From Armatimonadota bacterium (GTDB lineage: Bacteria > Armatimonadota > UBA5829 > DTLH01): a DNA stretch of 64,000 bases. The stretch lies in contig JBDKUN010000059.1 of the NCBI GenBank assembly GCA_039679675.1, forward strand, positions 32,001-96,000, written 5' to 3'. The position numbers and the translations under genes were made by a program. Shown piece after piece: positions 18,982-28,745 of the stretch. Within the stretch, counting starts at the first letter, position 1. Each line of letters starts with the position of its first letter. The notes beneath the pieces were generated by a model. That model was not told the origin of the DNA, made no database searches, and was given only the letters and a program-made list of their open reading frames with translations.

Positions 18982-20073
18982 ATGCTGAAACATAAATTTG
19001 GGACTATAACGGAAATACTGGCGGCACGGCCCGGTGCAGTCGAGGTCGAGGTTGAGATCGATGGTGAGAAGTCGAAAGCTATCGCCTATACCTCGCTCGT
19101 AACTTCACCTGAAGCCGGTGATCGCGTTGCACTCAATACCACGGCAGTCTCTCTCAGTCTCGGTACAGGCGGTCTGCACTTCATCATTGAAAACCTCTCA
19201 AGAGAAGACGAGGTATTAAACGATGGTCCTGGGCATATAATGAAGCTGCGTTATACACCAGAGCAGCACGCTGTCCTTTCAGTCGAAGAGGAAGACAGCC
19301 CCCATCGAGATCTGATAGATAGTTTCCAGTCGCTAAACAAAATGCCGGTCATCATAGGCCAGCTTCACAGCCAGGTAGCACCCGCAGCTGCCGCAATAAA
19401 GCGATTGACCCAACCGAAGGCAAAAATCGCTTATATCATGACCGATTCAGCTGCTCTTCCCATCGCATTCAGCAGGATTGTCAGCCAGATGAAGGATAAA
19501 GGGCTTTTGGACGTTACGATAACCGCAGGGCAGGCATTCGGCGGCGATATTGAGGCAGTAAACGTCTACAGCGCCTTAATTGCTGCAAAAGCTGCTGCGA
19601 ATGCTGATGTTGCAATAGTCTGCCAGGGCCCTGGAAACGTAGGTACAGGCACAAAATACGGATTTTCAGGAATAGAGCAGGGTGAGATAGTAAACGCAGC
19701 TGCCATCCTTGGCGGAACGCCGGTCGCAATCCCCAGAATCAGCTTTGCAGACCCCAGGCCACGACACAGAGGCATCAGCCATCATACAATAACATCACTT
19801 TCGGAAATTGCGCTTGCTCAAGCTATCGTTCCGCTTCCTATGATGGAAGAGATGAAACTTCTTACGGTCGAGGAGCAGGTTCGCCAAACATCCATTAACT
19901 ACAAGCATCGCATGCGGGTAATTGACGGTATGCCGGGTATTAGAGAATGCGCCGAACGGGGGATAAAACTCTCGACGATGGGCCGCGGGTTCAATGAAGA
20001 TCCGGAATTCTTCCTTGCGGCGGCTGCCGCCGGTGTTTTTGCGACGGAACTCCTCCGTTCGACAGGTATATAA
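18982..20073 (+). CDS. DUF3866 family protein
   Basis: LNTTAVSLSLGTGG, GHIMKLRYTP, GQAFGGD, GPGNVGTGT and STMGRG motifs. Confidence 0.85.
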   Translation: MLKHKFGTITEILAARPGAVEVEVEIDGEKSKAIAYTSLVTSPEAGDRVALNTTAVSLSLGTGGLHFIIENLSREDEVLNDGPGHIMKLRYTPEQHAVLSVEEEDSPHRDLIDSFQSLNKMPVIIGQLHSQVAPAAAAIKRLTQPKAKIAYIMTDSAALPIAFSRIVSQMKDKGLLDVTITAGQAFGGDIEAVNVYSALIAAKAAANADVAIVCQGPGNVGTGTKYGFSGIEQGEIVNAAAILGGTPVAIPRISFADPRPRHRGISHHTITSLSEIALAQAIVPLPMMEEMKLLTVEEQVRQTSINYKHRMRVIDGMPGIRECAERGIKLSTMGRGFNEDPEFFLAAAAAGVFATELLRSTGI

Positions 20074-20183
20074 AACCAATTTGCAGATGCAATATCTTGA
20101 CAGCCATTTGCACTTGGTTTACTATTCCACTAAGAATTGTTGGGATTCTAAGCCAAGGAGATAGTGCATATCATAAGGAGAAC

Positions 20184-20852
20184 ATGATGCAGAAAAACTC
20201 AAAAATATTCGTTTTATTATTGCTTGTGATAGCTATAATCGCGGTAGTCGCTGTAAAGAGTAAAAAAACGACTGAGAAATCGCAGATTGCAAAAGTTGAA
20301 GAGAAATCCGTTGAGCAAAAATCATCACTCAAAAAGGTAGGAGTCTCCGTAGAAGAGCCTGCAGCAAATCTCAAAAAGGAGACAACTGAAACTGCAAAGA
20401 CTACCGATGAAAAATTGCCTGCAGCGAAAGATAAAACATCTGCGACTTTAGCTAAACCAGTCCCGGCTAACCAAAAGAATGTAAAGCCGATAGATATTAA
20501 GCCATTGAATACTACAGCTAAACCTGCCAAGGCCAGTCCTTCCCAGAGTGGAAAGAATATTCGTCCCGTAAAATTGATTGAGCTTGGTGCGCCTGCTTGT
20601 GCTCCTTGTAAAAAGATGCTCCCGATCATGGATGAGCTGAAGCGCGATTATGCCGGTAAACTAGAGATAGTTCTCATCAATGTCCAGGAAGATGAGAAAG
20701 CGATAGATAAATACAATGTCAACACGATCCCGGCCCAGATATTTCTTGACTCAAAAGGACATGAGATCTTCCGCCATGAAGGTAAATATACCAAAGCCGA
20801 AATACTAAACGCCTTCAAATCACATGGAGTAAATCTGAAGAGTTCCAAATAA
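20184..20852 (+). CDS. Membrane-anchored/exported thioredoxin-family protein
   Basis: N-terminal hydrophobic anchor, Lys-rich linker, CAPC active site, cis-Pro TIP, FRHEG. Confidence 0.82.
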   Translation: MMQKNSKIFVLLLLVIAIIAVVAVKSKKTTEKSQIAKVEEKSVEQKSSLKKVGVSVEEPAANLKKETTETAKTTDEKLPAAKDKTSATLAKPVPANQKNVKPIDIKPLNTTAKPAKASPSQSGKNIRPVKLIELGAPACAPCKKMLPIMDELKRDYAGKLEIVLINVQEDEKAIDKYNVNTIPAQIFLDSKGHEIFRHEGKYTKAEILNAFKSHGVNLKSSK

Positions 20853-20865
20853 GCTGTGAACTGTT

Positions 20866-21675
20866 CTAAAGAGCTTTGCTTGCAGGCATGAGAATCTGGT
20901 TCAATCTTTCGAATGCCTGCATCCAACTCCATCCCTCCGGCGGCATCGTTTCAAGCGTCATCGTGGCGTGCGTATTAAACCTTGCCCGAAGTTCTGCGAA
21001 AACCGGCCAGTCAATTGTGCCAAAACCTGGGAATTTGTGCTGGTCTGTCAGCCCATCGTTATCATGAAGGTGCATGGTAACAGTATAAGGTAACAGCTTT
21101 TTTGTCTGTTCCTTGAAACTGGGCGAAAGGTTGGCATGCCCGGTATCGAAACACACTCCAACTGAGTCTGAGTTTGCAGCTTCGACTAATCTGACTAATT
21201 CTTCTTCAGAGCAGCAGAGGTATCCGGGAGGCATATTCTCTACTGCGAGGACAACTCCTGATTCCTTTGCAATTACCGCCAGTTCCCGTATGACACCTGT
21301 TGATCTATCAAGCCGCCTGGCTCTGTCATCTAAAACGGTTCCGTTGCCGGGGTGGACTATAGTATATGAGGCTCCAAGAACGTGAGTGAACTCGATAGCT
21401 TCTATCAAAGATGCGACACCATGCTCGTGCACGTTGTCGTCGAACGATGAGAAATCAACATTACCGCCAAACGGGGCGTGGACGGAGTTTACACGGAGCC
21501 TTGCATTTTGCAGTTTACATAAAAGTTGGTCCATTTCAATCGGTCCAACCTCATCGAGAAAACAACTGCTTCCCATCCCCACCTCAATTGACGATACACC
21601 TTGCCCTTCATAGCTTGAAATAGTATCAAATAATTCTGAAATACTCTGGCGCATTGCAAAACCAACGAGTTTCAT
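20866..21675 (-). CDS. Sugar phosphate isomerase/epimerase (xylose isomerase-like TIM barrel)
   Basis: SVHAPF, HPG, LAVEN, CFDTGH, HLHDNDG..DQH motifs. Confidence 0.85.
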   Translation of the reverse strand: MKLVGFAMRQSISELFDTISSYEGQGVSSIEVGMGSSCFLDEVGPIEMDQLLCKLQNARLRVNSVHAPFGGNVDFSSFDDNVHEHGVASLIEAIEFTHVLGASYTIVHPGNGTVLDDRARRLDRSTGVIRELAVIAKESGVVLAVENMPPGYLCCSEEELVRLVEAANSDSVGVCFDTGHANLSPSFKEQTKKLLPYTVTMHLHDNDGLTDQHKFPGFGTIDWPVFAELRARFNTHATMTLETMPPEGWSWMQAFERLNQILMPASKAL

Positions 21676-21716
21676 TTAAATATCCTTGAGAAATTAGAAT
21701 ATATTAACTAACTCTT

Positions 21717-22193
21717 CTACCTATACCCGCCGTTTTCCTCCTGCGTATCTCTACGTACAAATGCTCCACCGAACACAATCCCGGCTGCGATGATCACCAG
21801 ATTTTTTACAACAAACTCACCATCTATGGTCAGAAGCAAAGGGTTGCCGTGTTGGAAAGCTGTTTCAGGACGGACTAGAAGGACAAGAAACGTTCCGGCG
21901 AGTTGCGCCCACATCAAAAGCAGCGTAAGGCGCATCCATAACTTGAGCAGAAGCAGAGTCCCTATCAGCACTTCCCACACACCCAGCACAGGCACAAAAA
22001 TATCCGGGGCAATCCAGTATACAGTGCGGGCAACAAGGTCGTTTACCGGGCTTTCACCAACCAGCTTGAGCACACCAAACCAGATAAATACTATGGAGAC
22101 CGATATACGCAGTATGTCAGTGCCCCAGCGCCGCATAAAACGCGTAAGCGTTATATCAATTTGATCATACACATTCAGCAGCCAATGAATCAT
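21717..22193 (-). CDS. DoxX/DUF417-like membrane protein
   Basis: LRISVSIVFIWFGVLK, GVWEVLIG, GEFVVKN; start position uncertain. Confidence 0.75.
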   Translation of the reverse strand: MIHWLLNVYDQIDITLTRFMRRWGTDILRISVSIVFIWFGVLKLVGESPVNDLVARTVYWIAPDIFVPVLGVWEVLIGTLLLLKLWMRLTLLLMWAQLAGTFLVLLVRPETAFQHGNPLLLTIDGEFVVKNLVIIAAGIVFGGAFVRRDTQEENGGYR

Positions 22194-22305
22194 ATCTATA
22201 AGGTTACCAGCTTTAAGTAGTACTAAACATGCTAAAAAATATCGGCAGCTATAATGCGTTCCATTGCTTGGCAATATGGCCTTGATCAAGTATCATGTAC
22301 TCACG

Positions 22306-24294
22306 ATGACGGAGTTCAGGATAAAATCAGAATTTGAGCCTACGGGAGACCAGCCGGAGGCTATAGATAAGCTGGTTGCGGGGATAAGCAGTGGCCACCG
22401 CTACCAGACGCTTGTTGGCGTCACAGGGTCGGGAAAAACCTTTACGATGGCCAATGTGATTGCGCGTGTACAGCGCCCGACTCTTGTCATTGCCCACAAC
22501 AAAACGCTTGCTGCGCAGCTTGCAGGTGAGTTCAGGGAGTTTTTCCCGGATAACGCCGTCGAATACTTCGTTTCATATTATGACTACTATCAGCCTGAAG
22601 CATATATCCCTCAGACGGATACATATATAGAGAAAGATTCAGCGATAAATGATGAGATAGACCGGCTTCGGCATGCTGCAACGCAGGCAGTGCTGGAGCG
22701 GCGTGATGTAATAGTGGTCGCGAGTGTTTCTTCCATCTATGGCTTGGGGTCACCGGAAGACTATGCTGCTACCGTGCTCGCAATAGAGCGCGGGAAGGCA
22801 TACAGCCGGGAGTCGATGCTCCGCCGGTTGATCGACATGCAGTTCAGCCGGAACGATATGGCGCTCTCGCGCGGGACATTCCGTGTGAAGGGCGACATCA
22901 TGGAGATTCAGCCCGTAGATGAGGAGATAATTACACGGGTAGAGTTCTTCGGCGATGAAGTAGAGAAGATTACCGTCATAGATCCGGTAACAGGAGAAGT
23001 GATAACAGGGAAGGACAGGGTAACGATCTTCCCCGCATCACACTTCATTACTCCATGGGACAAGATGGAGCGTGCGCTCAAAGATATCGAAGCCGAGCTT
23101 GCCGCACAGATAGAGTATTTCCAGAAGCAGGGAAAGCTCTTGGAAGCCCAGCGGATAGAGCAGCGGACAAATTACGACATGGAGATGATGCGCGAGGTCG
23201 GTTACTGCTCTGGAATTGAGAACTATTCTCGCATTCTGGACGACCGCGCGCCCGGTACACCGCCGCACACGCTGCTCGACTACTTCCCGGATGATTTTTT
23301 GCTGATGATCGACGAGTCTCACCAGACGATTCCGCAGCTTCATGGGATGTATAACGGCGACCGCTCGCGCAAGACCACACTTGTGGAGTTCGGATTCAGG
23401 CTGCCGAGCGCGCTCGACAACAGGCCGCTTAGGTTCGAGGAGTTCAAGGAGCGAATAAATCAGACCGTATTCGTCTCAGCAACGCCTGGGCCGTTCGAAA
23501 TGGAAAACAGCGGGCAGATGGTCGAGCAGTTGATCCGTCCGACCGGTTTGATCGACCCTGAGATAGAGGTCAGACCGACAAAAGGTCAGATAGACGATCT
23601 CATAGAGGAGATTCGGATCCGCGTAGAGAAGAACGAGCGAGTGCTTGTGACGACACTTACGAAACGGATGGCAGAAGACCTGTCGGAATATCTGCTCGAT
23701 CTTGAGATGAAGGTCCACTATCTGCACTCAGACATAAAAACGCTGGAACGGTTGGAAATACTGCGCGACCTGCGGCTCGGTGTATATGACATCGTGATCG
23801 GCATCAACTTGCTGCGTGAAGGACTGGACCTGCCGGAGGTCACACTCGTTGCTATTCTAGACGCAGATAAAGAGGGCTTTCTCAGGTCGGAGACGTCGCT
23901 CATCCAGACCATCGGACGCGCCGCGAGAAATGTTAACGGCAAAGTGCTGATGTACGCGGACAACATAACCGACTCCATGCGCCGCGCTATAGATGAGACG
24001 AACCGGCGCCGCAAAATACAGATGGACTACAACGAGGAGCACAACATCACTCCGCAGACGATCCAGAAGGCCGTTCGAGATGTAATTGAGTCTAAAACCG
24101 CCGCTGTGACGAAGGAATACTATGGCCTGTCCAGGCAGGATGTGAAGAACATCCCTTTGGACGAAGTAATGCTGATGCTTGCCAATCTGGAGCGCGAGAT
24201 GAAGCAGGCGGCAAAAGCGCTGGACTTCGAACACGCTGCTGAATGCCGCGACGAGATGACCCGTATCAAGAAACTGCTGCCGAACATGAAATGA
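22306..24294 (+). CDS. uvrB: Excinuclease ABC subunit B
   Basis: [31 protein letters not shown] and C-terminal UVR domain. Confidence 0.98.
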   Translation: MTEFRIKSEFEPTGDQPEAIDKLVAGISSGHRYQTLVGVTGSGKTFTMANVIARVQRPTLVIAHNKTLAAQLAGEFREFFPDNAVEYFVSYYDYYQPEAYIPQTDTYIEKDSAINDEIDRLRHAATQAVLERRDVIVVASVSSIYGLGSPEDYAATVLAIERGKAYSRESMLRRLIDMQFSRNDMALSRGTFRVKGDIMEIQPVDEEIITRVEFFGDEVEKITVIDPVTGEVITGKDRVTIFPASHFITPWDKMERALKDIEAELAAQIEYFQKQGKLLEAQRIEQRTNYDMEMMREVGYCSGIENYSRILDDRAPGTPPHTLLDYFPDDFLLMIDESHQTIPQLHGMYNGDRSRKTTLVEFGFRLPSALDNRPLRFEEFKERINQTVFVSATPGPFEMENSGQMVEQLIRPTGLIDPEIEVRPTKGQIDDLIEEIRIRVEKNERVLVTTLTKRMAEDLSEYLLDLEMKVHYLHSDIKTLERLEILRDLRLGVYDIVIGINLLREGLDLPEVTLVAILDADKEGFLRSETSLIQTIGRAARNVNGKVLMYADNITDSMRRAIDETNRRRKIQMDYNEEHNITPQTIQKAVRDVIESKTAAVTKEYYGLSRQDVKNIPLDEVMLMLANLEREMKQAAKALDFEHAAECRDEMTRIKKLLPNMK

Positions 24295-24334
24295 TGAGAT
24301 ATCTATCAGCCATACACGATATTCCAACTGTTTC

Positions 24335-24366
24335 TTTGGAGTGCGGAAGCATTAGCTTCCGCTTTT
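24335..24366. repeat. REP-like palindrome, family TTTGGAGTGCGG
   Basis: tttggagtgcggaagcattagcttccgctttt; inverted relative at 52084..52113. Confidence 0.65.
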
Positions 24367-24440
24367 CTATCGATATTTTCTTCTGAATTGGTAAATAAAC
24401 TAGACTTTAACGTTCAATTTATAATTCCGGGAGGATAACC

Positions 24441-24788
24441 ATGCAAGAGATAATAGCAGCCTGTGGTCTGGTGTGCAGTAAATGTGGGGCTTACATTGCG
24501 ACTAAAGCAAACGATGCCGAGGCCATAGAGAATGTCGCAAAAGAGTGGTCATCGCAGTTTGGGGCGGATATTAAGCCGGAGGTGGTGTGGTGCGACGGAT
24601 GCATGACCGATGGCAGCCGGAAGTGCGGGCATGTCGGTGAGTGTCAAATTCGCGCATGCGCAATCGAACGTGGATTAGTAAATTGTGCAGGTTGTGCAGA
24701 CTTCGGGTGCGGGAAGATCAGTGAACTTCTTAACGCAGCCCCAGAAGCATGTGAGACAATGGAGAAACTGCGGAATTCAAACAAATAG
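24441..24788 (+). CDS. DUF3795 Cys-rich protein
   Basis: CGLVCSKC, CDGC, CQIRAC and NCAGCADFGC motifs. Confidence 0.82.
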   Translation: MQEIIAACGLVCSKCGAYIATKANDAEAIENVAKEWSSQFGADIKPEVVWCDGCMTDGSRKCGHVGECQIRACAIERGLVNCAGCADFGCGKISELLNAAPEACETMEKLRNSNK

Positions 24789-24831
24789 TAAATTACTGAG
24801 GGGGATGCGTGTTACATCCCCCAACATATTA

Positions 24832-26313
24832 CTATGCAGCTTCAGGTTTCTGTTTTTGATCGCCTTTTTTAGGCTCAGCCGCATTATTGGATTTTACGAT
24901 TTCCACAAAAAGATCGACCAGTTCAGGGTCGAATTGAGTCCCGGCGCAGCGTTTGATCTCTTCCAGCGCATCTTCCCTGGAAAGCGCATTGCGGTAAGTT
25001 CTGTCCGAGATCATGGCGTCATAGGCATCAGCCAGACCTATTATCCGGGCAATCAGCGGGATATTCTTTCCTGAAAGCCCGTTAGGGTATCCCAGCCCAT
25101 CGTATCTCTCATGATGATGCCTCACTGCAGGGACTATTGAACTCAATTGCTGGACCTTCTCAAGTATTTCTGAACCAATCTTGGGATGCTCCTCTATCAT
25201 CTGCCATTCGTCCATCTTTAGAGGACCCGGCTTATGAAGTATGGATTCAGGTGTACTGATCTTACCTATGTCATGAAGAAGAGCAGCGGCCTTAAGGTTC
25301 TCGATCTCCGTAGGAGATAACCCCAACTTATCGGCAAGTGCAAGCGAATAGCGAGTTACCGCGTCGGAATGACCCTTAGTGAACCGGTCTTTTGCGTCTA
25401 CTGCGGCTGACAGTGCTTCGATGGCATCCATGGGCTTGTCCACTAAAAGCGCCTTCACTGTATCGGATGTAGTGCGGTATGATTGCTTGAAAGACTCTTC
25501 ATAGATAAGAGCTTTGTTTTTACCTGTTCGCTTTGCGTAATATAACGCAGTATCGGCGTTAAGTATGATATTATGGCGAGTCTTGCCATGATCGGGATAC
25601 GCAGCGATACCTGCACTGACCGTAACTGAAGCCACGCCCGGGAATTTGAGCGACGCGTCACGCTCCAATACCCCTCTTATCCTGTCTGCGACAACCTTTG
25701 CTTCATCAGCTCCTGCCTCAGGAAGTATTACAACAAATTCTTCGCCGCCATATCGAGCAAGAATATCTATAGTACGTATGTTATCACGGCATATCTCGCC
25801 GAACCAACTTAGCAGCCGGTCGCCTTCCTGGTGGCCCCGGCGATCATTGAATGCCTTGAAATCATCGAGATCGAACATAGCAAGAGACAGACGCCTGCCG
25901 TAACGCTGCGCCCGCTCTATCTCCGCTGTTAACCTGTCCTGGAAATAGCGGTGATTATAACAGCTTGTCAGTCCATCAACATTCGCTTTCATTTCTGCCC
26001 GCTTGCGGAAGTAGACCTGGCGGTCGAACAGGTAGCCGGTAGTGACGGAAAGCCCTGTAATCCCGCAAACCCAGGCAATGAATGTAAATGGATGGCGCGG
26101 CAGGATCTGTTCGAGCTGCAGTAATAGACACGGCAGCGGTTTTTGCCCCATCGCAGCAGACTCTGCGGAATATCCCCACACACCAATCGCATAGCTCAAT
26201 ACCGCAAATAGCATTCCCGTGAAGTAGGATATAACCCTGAATGTCATTTTCGGACCATTGTCCATCCCTCGTTCCAAACTATAATCGCTGTTTCGTTTAA
26301 ATAAATCTGCCAA
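24832..26313 (-). CDS. Membrane-bound diguanylate cyclase / HD-GYP phosphodiesterase
   Basis: Two TM helices, RxxD I-site plus GGEEF, HDIGK, HHERYDGLGYP; start position uncertain. Confidence 0.92.
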   Translation of the reverse strand: MADLFKRNSDYSLERGMDNGPKMTFRVISYFTGMLFAVLSYAIGVWGYSAESAAMGQKPLPCLLLQLEQILPRHPFTFIAWVCGITGLSVTTGYLFDRQVYFRKRAEMKANVDGLTSCYNHRYFQDRLTAEIERAQRYGRRLSLAMFDLDDFKAFNDRRGHQEGDRLLSWFGEICRDNIRTIDILARYGGEEFVVILPEAGADEAKVVADRIRGVLERDASLKFPGVASVTVSAGIAAYPDHGKTRHNIILNADTALYYAKRTGKNKALIYEESFKQSYRTTSDTVKALLVDKPMDAIEALSAAVDAKDRFTKGHSDAVTRYSLALADKLGLSPTEIENLKAAALLHDIGKISTPESILHKPGPLKMDEWQMIEEHPKIGSEILEKVQQLSSIVPAVRHHHERYDGLGYPNGLSGKNIPLIARIIGLADAYDAMISDRTYRNALSREDALEEIKRCAGTQFDPELVDLFVEIVKSNNAAEPKKGDQKQKPEAA

Positions 26314-26587
26314 AAGTACTAAACTCCATCTAAAATGTAGTTGTTTATGGTAGATCAGAGCGCTGAAATATTAATGGAGCCTGTGTCGTTTGTAAAAACC
26401 GGCCGCATGAGCATTCTTCTCCACAATCGTAATTATTGGCTGAATGGCTGCTCTCTGCAGGTTAAGTGAGCGATAAAGTAAACGCAAAATATCAGCATAA
26501 TAATACCGGCGCGGAACCATACACCCAGCCCGGCAGTCAAAAGAACAAGATTCTGCGATGGACATAATAAATACAAGGAGGCGAAAG

Positions 26588-27550
26588 ATGGATACCAGGA
26601 ATGCCCAGGGGATAAGCATAAAGATGCAGGCTATCCAGGAAAGAGTGAGTACCGTAATAGTCGGAAAAGACGATGTAGTCCAAATGGTTCTGGCTTCTCT
26701 TCTGGCTGGGGGACACGTACTCATAGAAGATGTCCCCGGTGTGGGCAAGACCACTCTTGCAAAGGCAGTAGCAAAGGCTATAGGCAGTTCTTTCAGCCGC
26801 ATACAGTTCACGCCGGACCTTCTTCCATCCGATGTGACCGGAACATCCATCTACAACCAGAAAACAGGGGAGTTCGACTTCCACCCGGGGCCGGTGTTTT
26901 CAAGCGTTGTCCTCGCGGATGAGATAAACAGGGCCACACCAAAGACCCAGTCAGCTCTGCTTGAGTGCATGGAGGAGCTTCAGATCACTGTAGACGGTAC
27001 GACAAGAGCGCTTCCGAGGCCGTTTCTGGTAATAGCAACCCAAAACAACATTGAGCATGGCAGCACCTACCCGCTTCCAGAAGCCCAGCTTGACAGGTTC
27101 CTTATCAGAGTCTCTATCGGCTATCCGGACAGACACAGCGAGATCGCAGTGCTTGACGGTCATTTAAAAGAGCATCCTATCAATGCGATTACCCCTGCAA
27201 TAACGCCGGATGAACTTGCGTCCCTGCAGGAAGAAGTAAAAGACATTTACATAGATGATTCTCTCAAGGACTACATAGTAGATATTGTCACAGCGACCCG
27301 TAGCCGCCGGGATGTTCTGGTCGGTGCAAGCCCTCGCGGTTCGCTCGCCTTGATGCGCATAACCCGCGCGCTTGCAGCCGTTTCAGGAAGAGATTTCGTA
27401 CTTCCTGATGACGTCAAAGCAGCCGCAGTCCCCACGCTTTCACACAGGCTGATAGTATCTCAGAACAGCTGGCGGTCTGATGCCGGAGACAATATAATCC
27501 GTGATATCTTATCCTCTATTCCAGTACCGGTGAGATATGGACGCGCGTGA
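26588..27550 (+). CDS. MoxR-family AAA+ ATPase
   Basis: DVPGVGKT, RIQFTPDLLPSD, DEINR, LPEAQLDRF, GASPR. Confidence 0.95.
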   Translation: MDTRNAQGISIKMQAIQERVSTVIVGKDDVVQMVLASLLAGGHVLIEDVPGVGKTTLAKAVAKAIGSSFSRIQFTPDLLPSDVTGTSIYNQKTGEFDFHPGPVFSSVVLADEINRATPKTQSALLECMEELQITVDGTTRALPRPFLVIATQNNIEHGSTYPLPEAQLDRFLIRVSIGYPDRHSEIAVLDGHLKEHPINAITPAITPDELASLQEEVKDIYIDDSLKDYIVDIVTATRSRRDVLVGASPRGSLALMRITRALAAVSGRDFVLPDDVKAAAVPTLSHRLIVSQNSWRSDAGDNIIRDILSSIPVPVRYGRA

Positions 27551-28745
27551 CAAGATAAAAAACATCAAAGCGGATACCGGCAGCCTGATTTTGAACCCAA
27601 GGTTCATCGGGCCATGTCTCGCGGGCTTGTTCTGCCTCATTGTAGCTACAGTGCTGAATGTGGCGTATCTCTTTACTATGGCTACGATACTTCTCGCGCT
27701 GCCTTTCGCCGGTTATATCATCGGTATCATTATACTAAAGAATTGCACGGTCAAACGCGAGCCGCTGGTGGTAACGACACAGGGTGAAAGCGCATCCGTT
27801 ACTGTTAAGGTCGAATGCCGCCTCGGCAGACTTTCTTCCGAGCTGACAGTGAATGATAAGCTGCCTAAATGGATCGAACCTGAAGAAAACACAGGGTTAG
27901 AAATCTTTCATGAGCAATGTGTAGAGATACATTCATCGTTTAAGGCTCTCAGGCGCGGCCGGTATCAGATAGGTCCGGCGAGCTTACAGACCATTGACCC
28001 TCTAGGCATGCTCAGATTGCGGTGCAGAGTGCCCGGCAATACTGAATTGATAGTGCATCCAAGGCCTATTCCTTTCAGAATCAATCTGGTAGCAGGCGGA
28101 AACATGGAATTCGAGCAATTGAACCTTTCAGGCCGTACTGCAGTCAGAGGAGACTTCGCCGGTGTCCGTGAATACCGCTTCGGAGACGAATTCAAGCGTA
28201 TACACTGGAAAACAACCGCACGTACGCAGCGTCTGTCTGTTATGGAGTTCGAGGATTCCACCATAGGGTCTGTAACGGTAATGCTTGACCTTTCAAAAGG
28301 CTGCGATTACGGAGCAGAGCCGGTAACATCGCTCGATATAGCAGCCGGCGCTGCTGCGTTTGCGCTTAAAGAGTGTTTGAGTCATAAGCGGCAGTCGAGA
28401 TTAGCCATTCCGAGAGATAATACTGTATTGAACATAGATGTTCACAGACCGGGCAGTATAGACTCCGCGCTCAATGCTCTTTCAGATGCAAAAGCAGACT
28501 CAACACTTTCAGCAGTCGATCTGGTCGGGTCATGTCCCAACGGCTCCAGCGCAATATTGATTGCGACTAAAGCCACAAAGGAAACTATAGCAGCGGTACG
28601 GGATGCTGCATTGCGTAATATCAGCTTCATTGTGGCATTGGTCGACCCTGAGCCGTTCGGCAGGCATTCTGATGATGAAGTATCGATAGCCGGACTGGAG
28701 CAAGCCGGTGCGAATGTCGAGCTTATACGGGAGGTACGGCAATGA
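27537..28745 (+). CDS. DUF58 domain protein
   Basis: RRGRY, DPLG, GVREYRFGD..IHWKTTAR. Confidence 0.9.
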   Translation: MDARDKIKNIKADTGSLILNPRFIGPCLAGLFCLIVATVLNVAYLFTMATILLALPFAGYIIGIIILKNCTVKREPLVVTTQGESASVTVKVECRLGRLSSELTVNDKLPKWIEPEENTGLEIFHEQCVEIHSSFKALRRGRYQIGPASLQTIDPLGMLRLRCRVPGNTELIVHPRPIPFRINLVAGGNMEFEQLNLSGRTAVRGDFAGVREYRFGDEFKRIHWKTTARTQRLSVMEFEDSTIGSVTVMLDLSKGCDYGAEPVTSLDIAAGAAAFALKECLSHKRQSRLAIPRDNTVLNIDVHRPGSIDSALNALSDAKADSTLSAVDLVGSCPNGSSAILIATKATKETIAAVRDAALRNISFIVALVDPEPFGRHSDDEVSIAGLEQAGANVELIREVRQ

